From a plasmid, in the sequence record NZ_CP044066.1: a stretch of 64,000 bases of DNA, one strand, 5' to 3'. Below the pieces are notes generated by a model. It was not told the origin of the DNA. It made no database searches and saw only the letters and a program-made list of their open reading frames with translations. The translations under genes and the position numbers were made by a program. Shown here in pieces: positions 54,441-63,152 of the stretch; the stretch's first letter is position 1; every line of letters starts with the position of its first letter.

Positions 54441-56296
54441 TGCACAACTACGTCAATCATTTCCGCCCAATCTTCGAGTTTCGCGCGGTGGTGGGCTGGA
54501 GCCTTGCGATCGTGTTGCTGCTCGTCAGCGGCATGCCCGATGCCGGCTACTTCGCCTTGTTTGCTGCAGCGATGCTCGTCTTTCGGTCGTCCCAGGTGTG
54601 GCGCGCGCTGAAGTTCCGGATGGCGATCTCCACGAAGTGGTTGACCCTTATCCAGATCGATCAGCTTCTGGCCATCAGCGATGCCATGCGCAAGAAGCAG
54701 GACGCCATGTATCTGGGCCTTGGCTATGAATGGACGCAACGGCATTGCCAGATCGCACACGACATCTTGCGGATGCCATCGAGCGACATTCCCGGCCTGC
54801 CCAAATGGATGCCGTCGCCTGTCGTGAAGCGGGTCGAACAGATCTTCGCGCCCGCGGACAGCATCGCTGACGCCATGCCGCAGGGGCGCTCGTGGATTCA
54901 CGGCATGGAGCCGAAGAAGGAATGGGTGCCCTTCCACTACAAGGCGATGCCAGGCCACACCTCGGTGAGCGGCACGACTGGCTCTGGCAAGACGCGTACG
55001 TACGAGGTCATATCGACGCAGGTCATCCATAACCCGAACGACATTTTGATCATCATTGATCCGAAGAACGACAGCGACTGGATGAAGCGGGTGAAAAAGG
55101 AGTGTGAGCGCACGGGCCGGAAGTTTCTGTATTGGAAGCAGGCCGCCCCGTCGCAGTCGATTCGCCTGAATCCAATTGAAAACTGGTCGCAGCCTTCGGA
55201 AATTCCGAGCCGCATTGCACAGCTCATGGAAGAAGGCCCCTTCCGCCAGTTCGCCTTCCTGTTTATCGACCGCGCGGTAAAAGGCGAGCTCTACGTTGGC
55301 GACAAGCCAAACCTGCGCTCGATCCTGCAATACGCACAGAACGGCATCAACAAGCTTCTCGATCGTGCGCTGCGCCGGTTCTTCCCGGAAGCCGGAATGC
55401 CTGACTGGGAAGAAGAGGCCAGCGCCTACATGCAGAAGGCAGGCCAGAAGCCGGGCGGCACGCTGCTCGACGGCATGGTGCAACTGTACATGGCCCGCTT
55501 CGCGAACAAGGATCTCGGGCACGAAGCGATCGACGGGCTGGTCGCGACATTCCACCACGACCGCGATCACTACGGCCGGATCATCGCGTCGGCCCTCCCC
55601 CTGCTCCAGATGCTCGCCACAGGCGAGACCGGCCTGATGCTGGCGCCGAAAGCAGACGACTTCGAGGACGACCGCGAAATCTGGGACATCGATAAGGTTA
55701 TCAAGCAGAAGGCCGTGCTGTACGTCGGCGCCGACTCGCTCTCGAATGCGCTGGTCGCGCAGGCCATCATGTCCATGCTGCTTGCCGATATCGCGTCGGT
55801 TGCCGGGGCGATCTATAACTTCTACGAGAAGCCGCCCGAAGTCGTGCTCATCATCGACGAAGTCGCCGAGGCGATCAACGAGCAGGTGATCCAGGTCCTC
55901 AACAAGGGCCGAGGCGCCGGCTTCAAGGCGTTCGTCGCCTACCAGACCCGATCGGATCTGACGGCGAAACTCGGAAACGTCGCGAAAATGCAGCAGGTTT
56001 TGGGCAATCTGAACAATCAGATCGTCTTACGATTGGAAGACATCGACACCGCGCAGTGGTTTGCAGAGAAGGCAGGTACTACGGCGATTCAGAACATCGT
56101 GGTCTCGAGCAGCACGAGCACCGGCACCGAGGCCCACGTCGGTGAATTCAGCGGCTCGGTATCGCGCTCGATGCAGCTTGAAAAGGCGCCATTGATTCCG
56201 CCCGAACTGATCATGCAACTGCCCAACCTGCAGTACTTCCTGCGCATCTCCGGTGGCTCGGTCTATCAGGGTCGTATCCCGATCATTCAAGGTTAA
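54437..56296 (+). CDS. virD4: VirD4/TraG-family type IV coupling protein
   Basis: Two N-terminal TM helices, Walker A SVSGTTGSGKTRT, and Walker B LIIDEVAE. Confidence 0.9.
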   Translation: MMHNYVNHFRPIFEFRAVVGWSLAIVLLLVSGMPDAGYFALFAAAMLVFRSSQVWRALKFRMAISTKWLTLIQIDQLLAISDAMRKKQDAMYLGLGYEWTQRHCQIAHDILRMPSSDIPGLPKWMPSPVVKRVEQIFAPADSIADAMPQGRSWIHGMEPKKEWVPFHYKAMPGHTSVSGTTGSGKTRTYEVISTQVIHNPNDILIIIDPKNDSDWMKRVKKECERTGRKFLYWKQAAPSQSIRLNPIENWSQPSEIPSRIAQLMEEGPFRQFAFLFIDRAVKGELYVGDKPNLRSILQYAQNGINKLLDRALRRFFPEAGMPDWEEEASAYMQKAGQKPGGTLLDGMVQLYMARFANKDLGHEAIDGLVATFHHDRDHYGRIIASALPLLQMLATGETGLMLAPKADDFEDDREIWDIDKVIKQKAVLYVGADSLSNALVAQAIMSMLLADIASVAGAIYNFYEKPPEVVLIIDEVAEAINEQVIQVLNKGRGAGFKAFVAYQTRSDLTAKLGNVAKMQQVLGNLNNQIVLRLEDIDTAQWFAEKAGTTAIQNIVVSSSTSTGTEAHVGEFSGSVSRSMQLEKAPLIPPELIMQLPNLQYFLRISGGSVYQGRIPIIQG

Positions 56297-56812
56297 TTGC
56301 CAATGCGTTCCCCTACCCTGTTCCGGCAGATCGTCAAGCAGTACCGGATGTCTACCAAGCTGACGCCGATTTTCACCCTCTCGCCGGATCTCGATGACAT
56401 CTGCACGCGCGTGGTGGACTACATCGGCGTCAACTTCCGCGTTCGCGAAGAGCCGCTGGTCGCCGAGATGCTCAACGACGCTATCCAGGCGTGGCGGCTT
56501 GCACGTAAGCATGGCGACGCCAATGTGGCATTCATGAAGGGGTTGTTCAGTCGTGCCCACGATCTCTACGGGAAGCGCTATGCCGCATTCAAAGGCGAGC
56601 GATATCACGTCTGGTACCCGTACCACGAATCGATCCCCGCTTTCGAGCAGCGCCAACCGGCCGGATACGTATGCCAGATGGTCGACGAGCCGACCCCGGG
56701 CAAGGTATCTCAGCGCTGCGCTGCCTTCCAGTTGGCCGCTCGCGTGCTCACTGGCTACAGCTTCAACCGATACTTCGAGGACTACGATGTCGCTGGCAAC
56801 TTTGCACACTGA
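56297..56812 (+). CDS. Hypothetical protein
   Basis: 170 aa, immediately downstream of virD4. Confidence 0.4.
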   Translation: MPMRSPTLFRQIVKQYRMSTKLTPIFTLSPDLDDICTRVVDYIGVNFRVREEPLVAEMLNDAIQAWRLARKHGDANVAFMKGLFSRAHDLYGKRYAAFKGERYHVWYPYHESIPAFEQRQPAGYVCQMVDEPTPGKVSQRCAAFQLAARVLTGYSFNRYFEDYDVAGNFAH

Positions 56813-57107
56813 CGCGCACAGGCGGCTTACCACCTTCCGCGGCTATCCCGCGAGGCTTGCCACGCGCGTAGCGACCGGCGTCGCTGTGCGTGTGTTCAGA
56901 CTCAATCCGGCAGCAGCGGTGGACATGCATGCATGGCACACCCGCGCCGATCAGGTAGACGTCCCTCCCCCTGACGATCTCGTAAGTGATGGCCGCGCGC
57001 TTTCGTTTGCTCTCATCGGCATTGCGACAAAGCGCCCGCTGTTCCTGATCGGGGCTCTCGCTGCGCTGGCGGCTCTCCCCTTCCTCATTCTCAGCAAGCT
57101 CCTGTAA
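56787..57107 (+). CDS. Small hypothetical protein with a C-terminal TM helix
   Basis: ATG at 56787. The C-terminus is LFLIGALAALAALPFLILSKLL. Confidence 0.3.
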   Translation: MSLATLHTDAHRRLTTFRGYPARLATRVATGVAVRVFRLNPAAAVDMHAWHTRADQVDVPPPDDLVSDGRALSFALIGIATKRPLFLIGALAALAALPFLILSKLL

Positions 57108-57109
57108 TC

Positions 57110-57724
57110 ATGGCCAGCCGATTTGCATCTCATGTGCGCCTGTGGCTGTTTTTCGCGCCGTTGATGATCTGCGTCGCCGTCCCATTCCTGCCGGACAGGA
57201 GTGACTTCGAGATTAGCGAAGCGGAGCAGTCATCCGTGGCACGCGTGCTCGGGGACGCGCGCGCTGACCGCTCTATTGCAATCGCCAACGAGCGCTTTGT
57301 TCGCTGGTTTGTCGCGCCAGGTGCCGTCAAGGCGTCGTTCTCGGGGTCCGATACGGAGACGATGCTCTCCGACGGCGGCGCCGCGAAGTTCGGACGCAAC
57401 TGGATGCGCAACTTCTGGCTCACTATCTACCGCGGCGTGTATCGCGCGTCGGTAGCTCAGTACTGGGCATTCGGTGGCCTCGTGCTGCTGCTGGCATTGC
57501 TCAACGACGGGGCTGTGTCGCGAAGGATTCGCGCGGCGTCCGCCGGCTTCGCCAACCCCGTGACGTTTCACGTCGCGGCGCACGGTCTGCTCGTCTGCTT
57601 CGGATTCGGCGCTTCCGCCTTGCTTCTGCCGTTGCCACTTGCGGCCTACTGGTGGACCGCCGGCGTCGCCATCGTCGGCATGCTCAGCTGGCGGCTCGCC
57701 TCTGCATTCCATGTTGGGCGCTAG
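57110..57724 (+). CDS. Hypothetical polytopic membrane protein
   Basis: 204 aa with about 4 TM helices. Confidence 0.45.
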   Translation: MASRFASHVRLWLFFAPLMICVAVPFLPDRSDFEISEAEQSSVARVLGDARADRSIAIANERFVRWFVAPGAVKASFSGSDTETMLSDGGAAKFGRNWMRNFWLTIYRGVYRASVAQYWAFGGLVLLLALLNDGAVSRRIRAASAGFANPVTFHVAAHGLLVCFGFGASALLLPLPLAAYWWTAGVAIVGMLSWRLASAFHVGR

Positions 57725-57787
57725 CCCGCATCAATCTATTACCAACCTATTCGGCCACTTGCTGGCCATTCAACCGGAGATATCAAC

Positions 57788-58636
57788 ATGACAACGACCG
57801 TTGAGTTCGGCGCAGCTTCCGAGACCTTGGCCGACGATCTTCTTGCCGAGGGCGACGCTAATGCGTCGATCGACGACGCCAGTGTTTCGGCCACACCGCC
57901 CGAAGATGTGGAAACCGAACTGACGCAGATGGCCGCGTCGGCCGACGCGCTACGCGCCGAAGGCATCATCAGCACGGCCGATGCCGATGCGAAGAAGGCG
58001 GAAGTCGAGCGCACGCGCAAGCGCTTTCGCGAGCTGTCCCCCGAGGACCGCCAGGCGATCGTGCGACGCCGACGGGAACTCGGTATGCAGATCCTGTCGC
58101 GTGAGCTTTCTGGCGCAGCTGTGGTCGTGGTCGGCCTCAAGATCAATCATACGCGTCTGCGTCCCCTGTTCGAGCAATGGTGGCCGTACATGAATCGCAT
58201 GTCGCTGAATCTGCAGCGCTTCGGACAAAGCACCTTCTCGCGCGCTGAGCTGGCAACCGTCGAGAAGTATCTCGAAACCGAGATGGTGAGGATCGAGGAG
58301 TACGTCGACGAGCAACTCCGCGTCGCGACTGCCTATCGCGAGCAACGCGAGAAGGATATGACGGACCGCGGCGATTACATCTTCCGCCCGGAGATCGTGC
58401 GGCCGGCGATCGATCTCGAGGTGCAGGCGTACTCGCGGTTCGCAGTCCGCGCGCTGCAGGTGCTGATCAAGTTCGACAAGGCCATGGACGAGTTCGACTT
58501 CATGGTGTGGAACGGCATCCGCGACCAGACCGACGTCAATGAGGAGGTCACGAGGTTCCTCCGCAAGTTCCAGCCACTTGGCCTGCGCAGCTACACCACG
58601 CATCTGAAGCTCATGACGACCGTGAGAGGCATCTGA
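57788..58636 (+). CDS. Hypothetical protein (acidic N-terminus, helical)
   Basis: 282 aa, with a good codon-usage pattern. Confidence 0.5.
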   Translation: MTTTVEFGAASETLADDLLAEGDANASIDDASVSATPPEDVETELTQMAASADALRAEGIISTADADAKKAEVERTRKRFRELSPEDRQAIVRRRRELGMQILSRELSGAAVVVVGLKINHTRLRPLFEQWWPYMNRMSLNLQRFGQSTFSRAELATVEKYLETEMVRIEEYVDEQLRVATAYREQREKDMTDRGDYIFRPEIVRPAIDLEVQAYSRFAVRALQVLIKFDKAMDEFDFMVWNGIRDQTDVNEEVTRFLRKFQPLGLRSYTTHLKLMTTVRGI

Positions 58637-58837
58637 CTGCTTAGTGACACGATAGCTCTCGGGCACCTTCGGGTGCCTAGGGCGACCAAGTGACACTTGG
58701 TCTCAGATTCTGCCATTAAGTGCACGTGCCCAGAGGACAGCTTCTGACACTTGCTAGCATCTTCTACCTGTTGCAGGCACTTGGTCTGCTCGTCCGCCGC
58801 CGGCGCCCACGTCCGCTGACGCTTTCATCATCCGGTT

Positions 58838-60565
58838 ATGACTCTCGTTGAAGCAATTGAAAAGCTGAATCCGTCGCAGCGCGAGGTGGTCGAGTGCCGC
58901 GGACATTGCGTCGCAGTAGCTGTGCCGGGTGCTGGGAAGACTGCCACGATCGCGGCGAAGGCTGCATTAATGCTTGAAAGCCCACACCTGACGATCGGCG
59001 CTGTCACCTTCAGTAAGGACGCGGCTGTGGAGTTACGAGACCGGATTCTGGCGCTGACCGGATCAACAGCGAAGAGGCGCCTCATCGCCGGCACATTCCA
59101 TTCGTTGGCCTACAAGCAACTCTCCTTGGTGGCAGGTAAGCGGCCCGACATCGCAACTGACGGAGAGCGTACGGCGATTCTGACGCAAGTGCTGCACGAT
59201 TCCGGTTTGGAAATGAAGCTTGAAGACGCCATCGCTGCGATTGAGCGCATTAAGACCGCGCTCAATGCCCCGTCCATGGACTCAGCCGAGGGGCGATTGT
59301 TATCTTCATATCAAAACGCCCTTCAGCGCAACGGCCGCGTCGACTTCCAGGATCTCCTCAGATACGCGGTACAAGGGATGCAGCAAGGCACCATCAGTCC
59401 GTACAAGATGGACGCCTTGTTGGTCGATGAATATCAAGACGTCGATTCGCATCAGGCCTTGTGGACGGCGCTTCATGCCAGGGCTGGCGCTGCGGTCACC
59501 ATTGTGTGCGACGACGACCAGTCAGTGTATGGCTTTCGTTCGGCGATGGGTCTGCGTGGCATCAAGGCATTCGCCGACGAGTTTGATCCGCAGCAAATCG
59601 TTCTTGGCGTCAACTACAGATCCCACGAAGAGATTCTGTCAGTTGCCGACAAAGTGATCCGCAACAACGCTGAACGAATCGTCAAAGAACTGGTTTCGCA
59701 CCGTGGTCCCGGTGGCTCCGTTTCGTTCACCCGTCACGATGACGAGTACGAGGAAGCTGTTGCCGCCGTCGAAGCGATGGCGGCGGCAGTGAGTGGCGGT
59801 AGTACTGCGGCCGTTCTTGCTCGCACAAATCGAATCCTTGATCCCGTTGAAGCCGTATGCCGTGCACACGGAATCAAATACCACCGAGCGGCCGGCCGCT
59901 CCATACTTGATCGCCCAGAGTCGGCGCTGATGGGTACCTTGCTCGAACTGGTCGAGCAGACCCGGATGGGAGGGCTTGATGCCGTCCTGGGCTTCGCAGG
60001 GATAGGGACGGCGGAATTGCAGACATTGCACCACCTCACCTCTTCGCTTAAGGAAGGCGAGCGGGTTAAGAAGAAGGATCTCGTCGCTGCGGGACTGGGT
60101 GAAGACGCCGCAGAGAAGTACCGTGACCTGACAAAGCGGCTGGAAGAGTGGTGTTCGCTGTGCGCAAGACAGTTCTATGCGCTCATTATCGACGGCGTCT
60201 TCGAATGGATGATGCAATGGGCGCGGTCAGACCAAGCAAAGCGCGCGATCACCACCACTTATGACGTACTTTCCAGGCTGCATGGCAGTTTCTCTGACCG
60301 TCTTGAATATCTACGTCGAAAGAACAACGAGCCGGCCGAGGATGCCGTCATCCTTACCACCTTCCATTCAAGCAAGGGGCTGGAGTGGGACCATACCGCT
60401 CTTCTTCGTCTAGAAGAGAGCGTCATACCCGATGAAGGTAGCACCGAGGCAGAGGAGCGCAGGTTGTTTTATGTGGCACTCACGAGAGCGAGACGCCACA
60501 TGATTCTGTCCACGGCCCAAAAGCATCCCACCTCGCGCTTTGTCATCGAATCAGGCATCGCGTAG
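58838..60565 (+). CDS. UvrD/Rep-family SF1 DNA helicase (second copy on the element)
   Basis: Walker A AVPGAGKT; motifs TFHSLAY, LLVDEYQDVD, VCDDDQSVYGFRSA, TFHSSKGLEWDH and FYVALTRAR. Confidence 0.85.
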   Translation: MTLVEAIEKLNPSQREVVECRGHCVAVAVPGAGKTATIAAKAALMLESPHLTIGAVTFSKDAAVELRDRILALTGSTAKRRLIAGTFHSLAYKQLSLVAGKRPDIATDGERTAILTQVLHDSGLEMKLEDAIAAIERIKTALNAPSMDSAEGRLLSSYQNALQRNGRVDFQDLLRYAVQGMQQGTISPYKMDALLVDEYQDVDSHQALWTALHARAGAAVTIVCDDDQSVYGFRSAMGLRGIKAFADEFDPQQIVLGVNYRSHEEILSVADKVIRNNAERIVKELVSHRGPGGSVSFTRHDDEYEEAVAAVEAMAAAVSGGSTAAVLARTNRILDPVEAVCRAHGIKYHRAAGRSILDRPESALMGTLLELVEQTRMGGLDAVLGFAGIGTAELQTLHHLTSSLKEGERVKKKDLVAAGLGEDAAEKYRDLTKRLEEWCSLCARQFYALIIDGVFEWMMQWARSDQAKRAITTTYDVLSRLHGSFSDRLEYLRRKNNEPAEDAVILTTFHSSKGLEWDHTALLRLEESVIPDEGSTEAEERRLFYVALTRARRHMILSTAQKHPTSRFVIESGIA

Positions 60566-60834
60566 CTCAAGACTCGCTCTCGCCTGGAGTCAGAACTGGA
60601 CTTCAATGTACGTGCGCCAGCGTTGTTTGTGTTCGGTACGACGATCTGAGGAAATGAAACTCGTCTCACGGCCGACATCAACGTGAAGCGAGTTGAGCGC
60701 GGCGGCAACATATTGCTGGGGATCCGAGAAAAAATGCCTTCAGCCCCAAGGACAAAGATAGAGCCGGCCTCACCACGGACCAGATGACAGCTGTGGGCAA
60801 CAGACAGCCAAGGCCTAAGGAGCATCCTCCAGCT

Positions 60835-62148
60835 CTAGACTCCGGTCTTTCCAGTGAGAATAAAATTCAAGATATCGTCGGAGGATGGCTGTCCCCACGT
60901 TTGATCGGCAAGCCACCTGTAGAAGCTGGTTTGCGCGAGCTTGGTGGGTCGCTTCGATGCGCTCAGGCGAAGGTCCGCGGCGGCGCATTGGCTGTTGTAG
61001 CTCTCAATGAGTTGAGCCTGTTCCTCTGTAGCCAGTTCGGCGAAGTACTCGTTAGCTTGAGGCAAACGAGCGGCGATGAGCATCTCCATAGCCTCAGCGG
61101 GTGACTTTGCCTTTGGCTTCGGCTGCGAAGCTTCCTCTTTCTCGTTCGCCGCTTCCTGCTTCGCCATTCCTTTGCCCCATGCCTCAGCCAGGGCCTTCCG
61201 GAAATAAGCGGGGACATTGTCGATCGCGGGCGCGTTTTTCTTTGCCTGACGGGCTTTCACGTAAGCCAGCGCTTCTCGCACCGGCTCCGCACCATGCGTC
61301 TTGGCCAGCTTGCGGGCTTCGCTCGACGGCAGACCGAGCTTCACCATAGCCTGGATCAATTCGCCAAAACCCTCGTCCTCTGGCGCGCTGGACTCCTTGC
61401 GCGAGATCTTGAACTGAAGATCCGAGACTGATCGGCCTACCTTGTGCTCGATGAGCTCGATGTTGTGGTCGGACACCTCACAAATCTCTGCTATGCACGG
61501 GTTTAGGACGGCACGCTTGAAGATCTTGTACTCCTTGTATTTCGTCTCGCCTTCCTCGCGACCCAGGATCAGATTTCGAAACACATTCAGCGGGATCTTT
61601 GCCGTCATCCCAACGCGCTCATAGCGAACCGTATTTTCCCAGAGCGCCAGTGAGTGAGCGCGCCTGAAAAGACGGGCGATGCGCATGTCGATCATGGCGT
61701 ACCGCTCAGGATTGAGCAGTTCCTCTCGGATCTGTGGTGCGAACGAGTAAGAGAGCAATGATCCAGTGATCTTCGCTCCAGCAAGAAGTGTGGACCCAGT
61801 CCAGGTAGCTGTGCCGTCGCTGTTGAGTTGATCCCAATCCACGACTGTTCGCATCAACGACTTGGCAGTCTCCTTGATGTAGCCCGTGTCCTTCGTCGTG
61901 AGCGCCAGATTCGACATCATCTCGGGTATCGAAATCTGAAACGTGTCGGCCGTGCCGTTTTGCCCAATGCGAAGCTCAATTGCGTTCTTGATCAAGGCAT
62001 TGAAGAGCCGGCGCTGTTGAAGCGTGAGAGCCCCGCCTACTGGGGAGACATGGATTGCCTGGACCGCCTTCTTGAACGGCTCCGGGACTTCTGGCTGTTG
62101 AAACAGCGCAATCTGGCCGGCCTTCTGATTCGGCTTTCCCTTCGCCAT
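60835..62148 (-). CDS. repA: Plasmid replication initiator protein (RepA/TrfA-like winged-helix Rep)
   Basis: MAKGKPNQKAGQIALFQ...FQISIPEMMSNLALTTKDTGYIKETAKSLMRT. An AGGTG RBS sits upstream of 62148. The iteron array lies immediately upstream. Confidence 0.7.
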   Translation of the reverse strand: MAKGKPNQKAGQIALFQQPEVPEPFKKAVQAIHVSPVGGALTLQQRRLFNALIKNAIELRIGQNGTADTFQISIPEMMSNLALTTKDTGYIKETAKSLMRTVVDWDQLNSDGTATWTGSTLLAGAKITGSLLSYSFAPQIREELLNPERYAMIDMRIARLFRRAHSLALWENTVRYERVGMTAKIPLNVFRNLILGREEGETKYKEYKIFKRAVLNPCIAEICEVSDHNIELIEHKVGRSVSDLQFKISRKESSAPEDEGFGELIQAMVKLGLPSSEARKLAKTHGAEPVREALAYVKARQAKKNAPAIDNVPAYFRKALAEAWGKGMAKQEAANEKEEASQPKPKAKSPAEAMEMLIAARLPQANEYFAELATEEQAQLIESYNSQCAAADLRLSASKRPTKLAQTSFYRWLADQTWGQPSSDDILNFILTGKTGV

Positions 62149-62299
62149 CCGATGCACCTGCAAGTCGTAATGGGTGAAATCTTAGCCCCTAAGTGTTCAC
62201 CTATCAAGCCCTGTCTCATGTAGCGTCAGCAGGGCCGGCCAACGAAGAAAGCGCTTTGATTTCGTAGGCTTACCGTTACCCCTTGAGAATCTTCGCTAC

Positions 62300-62960
62300 C
62301 TCAAATCTGTTCACCGTGGGAGCCGAAACGCTACCCAAATCTATACACCTTTCTCCGACTGGACTGGGCGACTGCGATATCGAGCGAGAAAGGTGAAGCT
62401 TTTTGGTGAGCTTTCCGCCTCGAAGAGCCTCAGGCATCGATTTTCCCCAATAGCGTTCACCTTCACCGTCTCCTGGGCGGCTCTCGAAAGGGGTTGGACG
62501 GCAACAAGTTAGGATCCACTTTCAAGTACCCCCCAAAGATGTTCACCTATTACTTCACCCAAAAAGGTTCACCTGTTTCTACGCGGCACACGTTAGTGGG
62601 CGAACACTTTACTCGTAAGGCTTGGCAAATCGCCACTTCAGCTCAATGCACAGGCGAAGGTGAAGAAATCTGTGGGTCAGGGCTCTTCGAAAAAGCCCCA
62701 AAACTGTTCACCAATGAATCGACCCAAAATGTTTCACCTTTGGCGAGCTGTGGAGCGCGCTGAGGATCAGGGCCCCAAGAAGCTTCACCTCTTAGGGCCC
62801 CAAATCTGTTCACCTCATTGGGAGAATGCCCAGATCCCCATATCTTTTCACCCTACCCCCAAATCCCCAGCCCTTTGTCCCCAACGCATTGCACCATTTC
62901 CCCATATCCCCAACCCCTTCGCCCCAATACTATGCACCTAGCACCCAACACCTTTCACCT
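62300..62960. repeat. Iteron array / candidate oriV upstream of repA
   Basis: At least 8 copies of CCCCAAA-N2-4-GTTCACC, e.g. CCCCAAAGATGTTCACC 62531, CACCCAAAAAGGTTCACC 62557, GCCCCAAAACTGTTCACC 62696, GACCCAAAATGTTTCACC 62721, GCCCCAAATCTGTTCACC 62797 and CACCCAACACCTTTCACC 62942. Confidence 0.7.
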
Positions 62961-63152
62961 ACAGCCCAAAAATCCATTACAGATCAATGGCTTATGAATC
63001 CTAAAGGTTTACTAAAGGGTTTACAGTGTTTACTAAATCACGTAAACGTAAAGTGCCTTGTAGGACATAAGAAGAACTGCGTGTTCAGCGAAACTTCAGA
63101 CGAAAAACGCCGCGGAATGCGGCGTTGGGTGCGGTCTCGGTGCTGGTTAGGG

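Noticed and set aside
62300-62960. CRISPR array
   Set aside because: The repeats are about 17 bp with variable 5 to 25 bp spacing, degenerate, and sit directly upstream of a Rep gene. This matches iterons. No cas genes were found.
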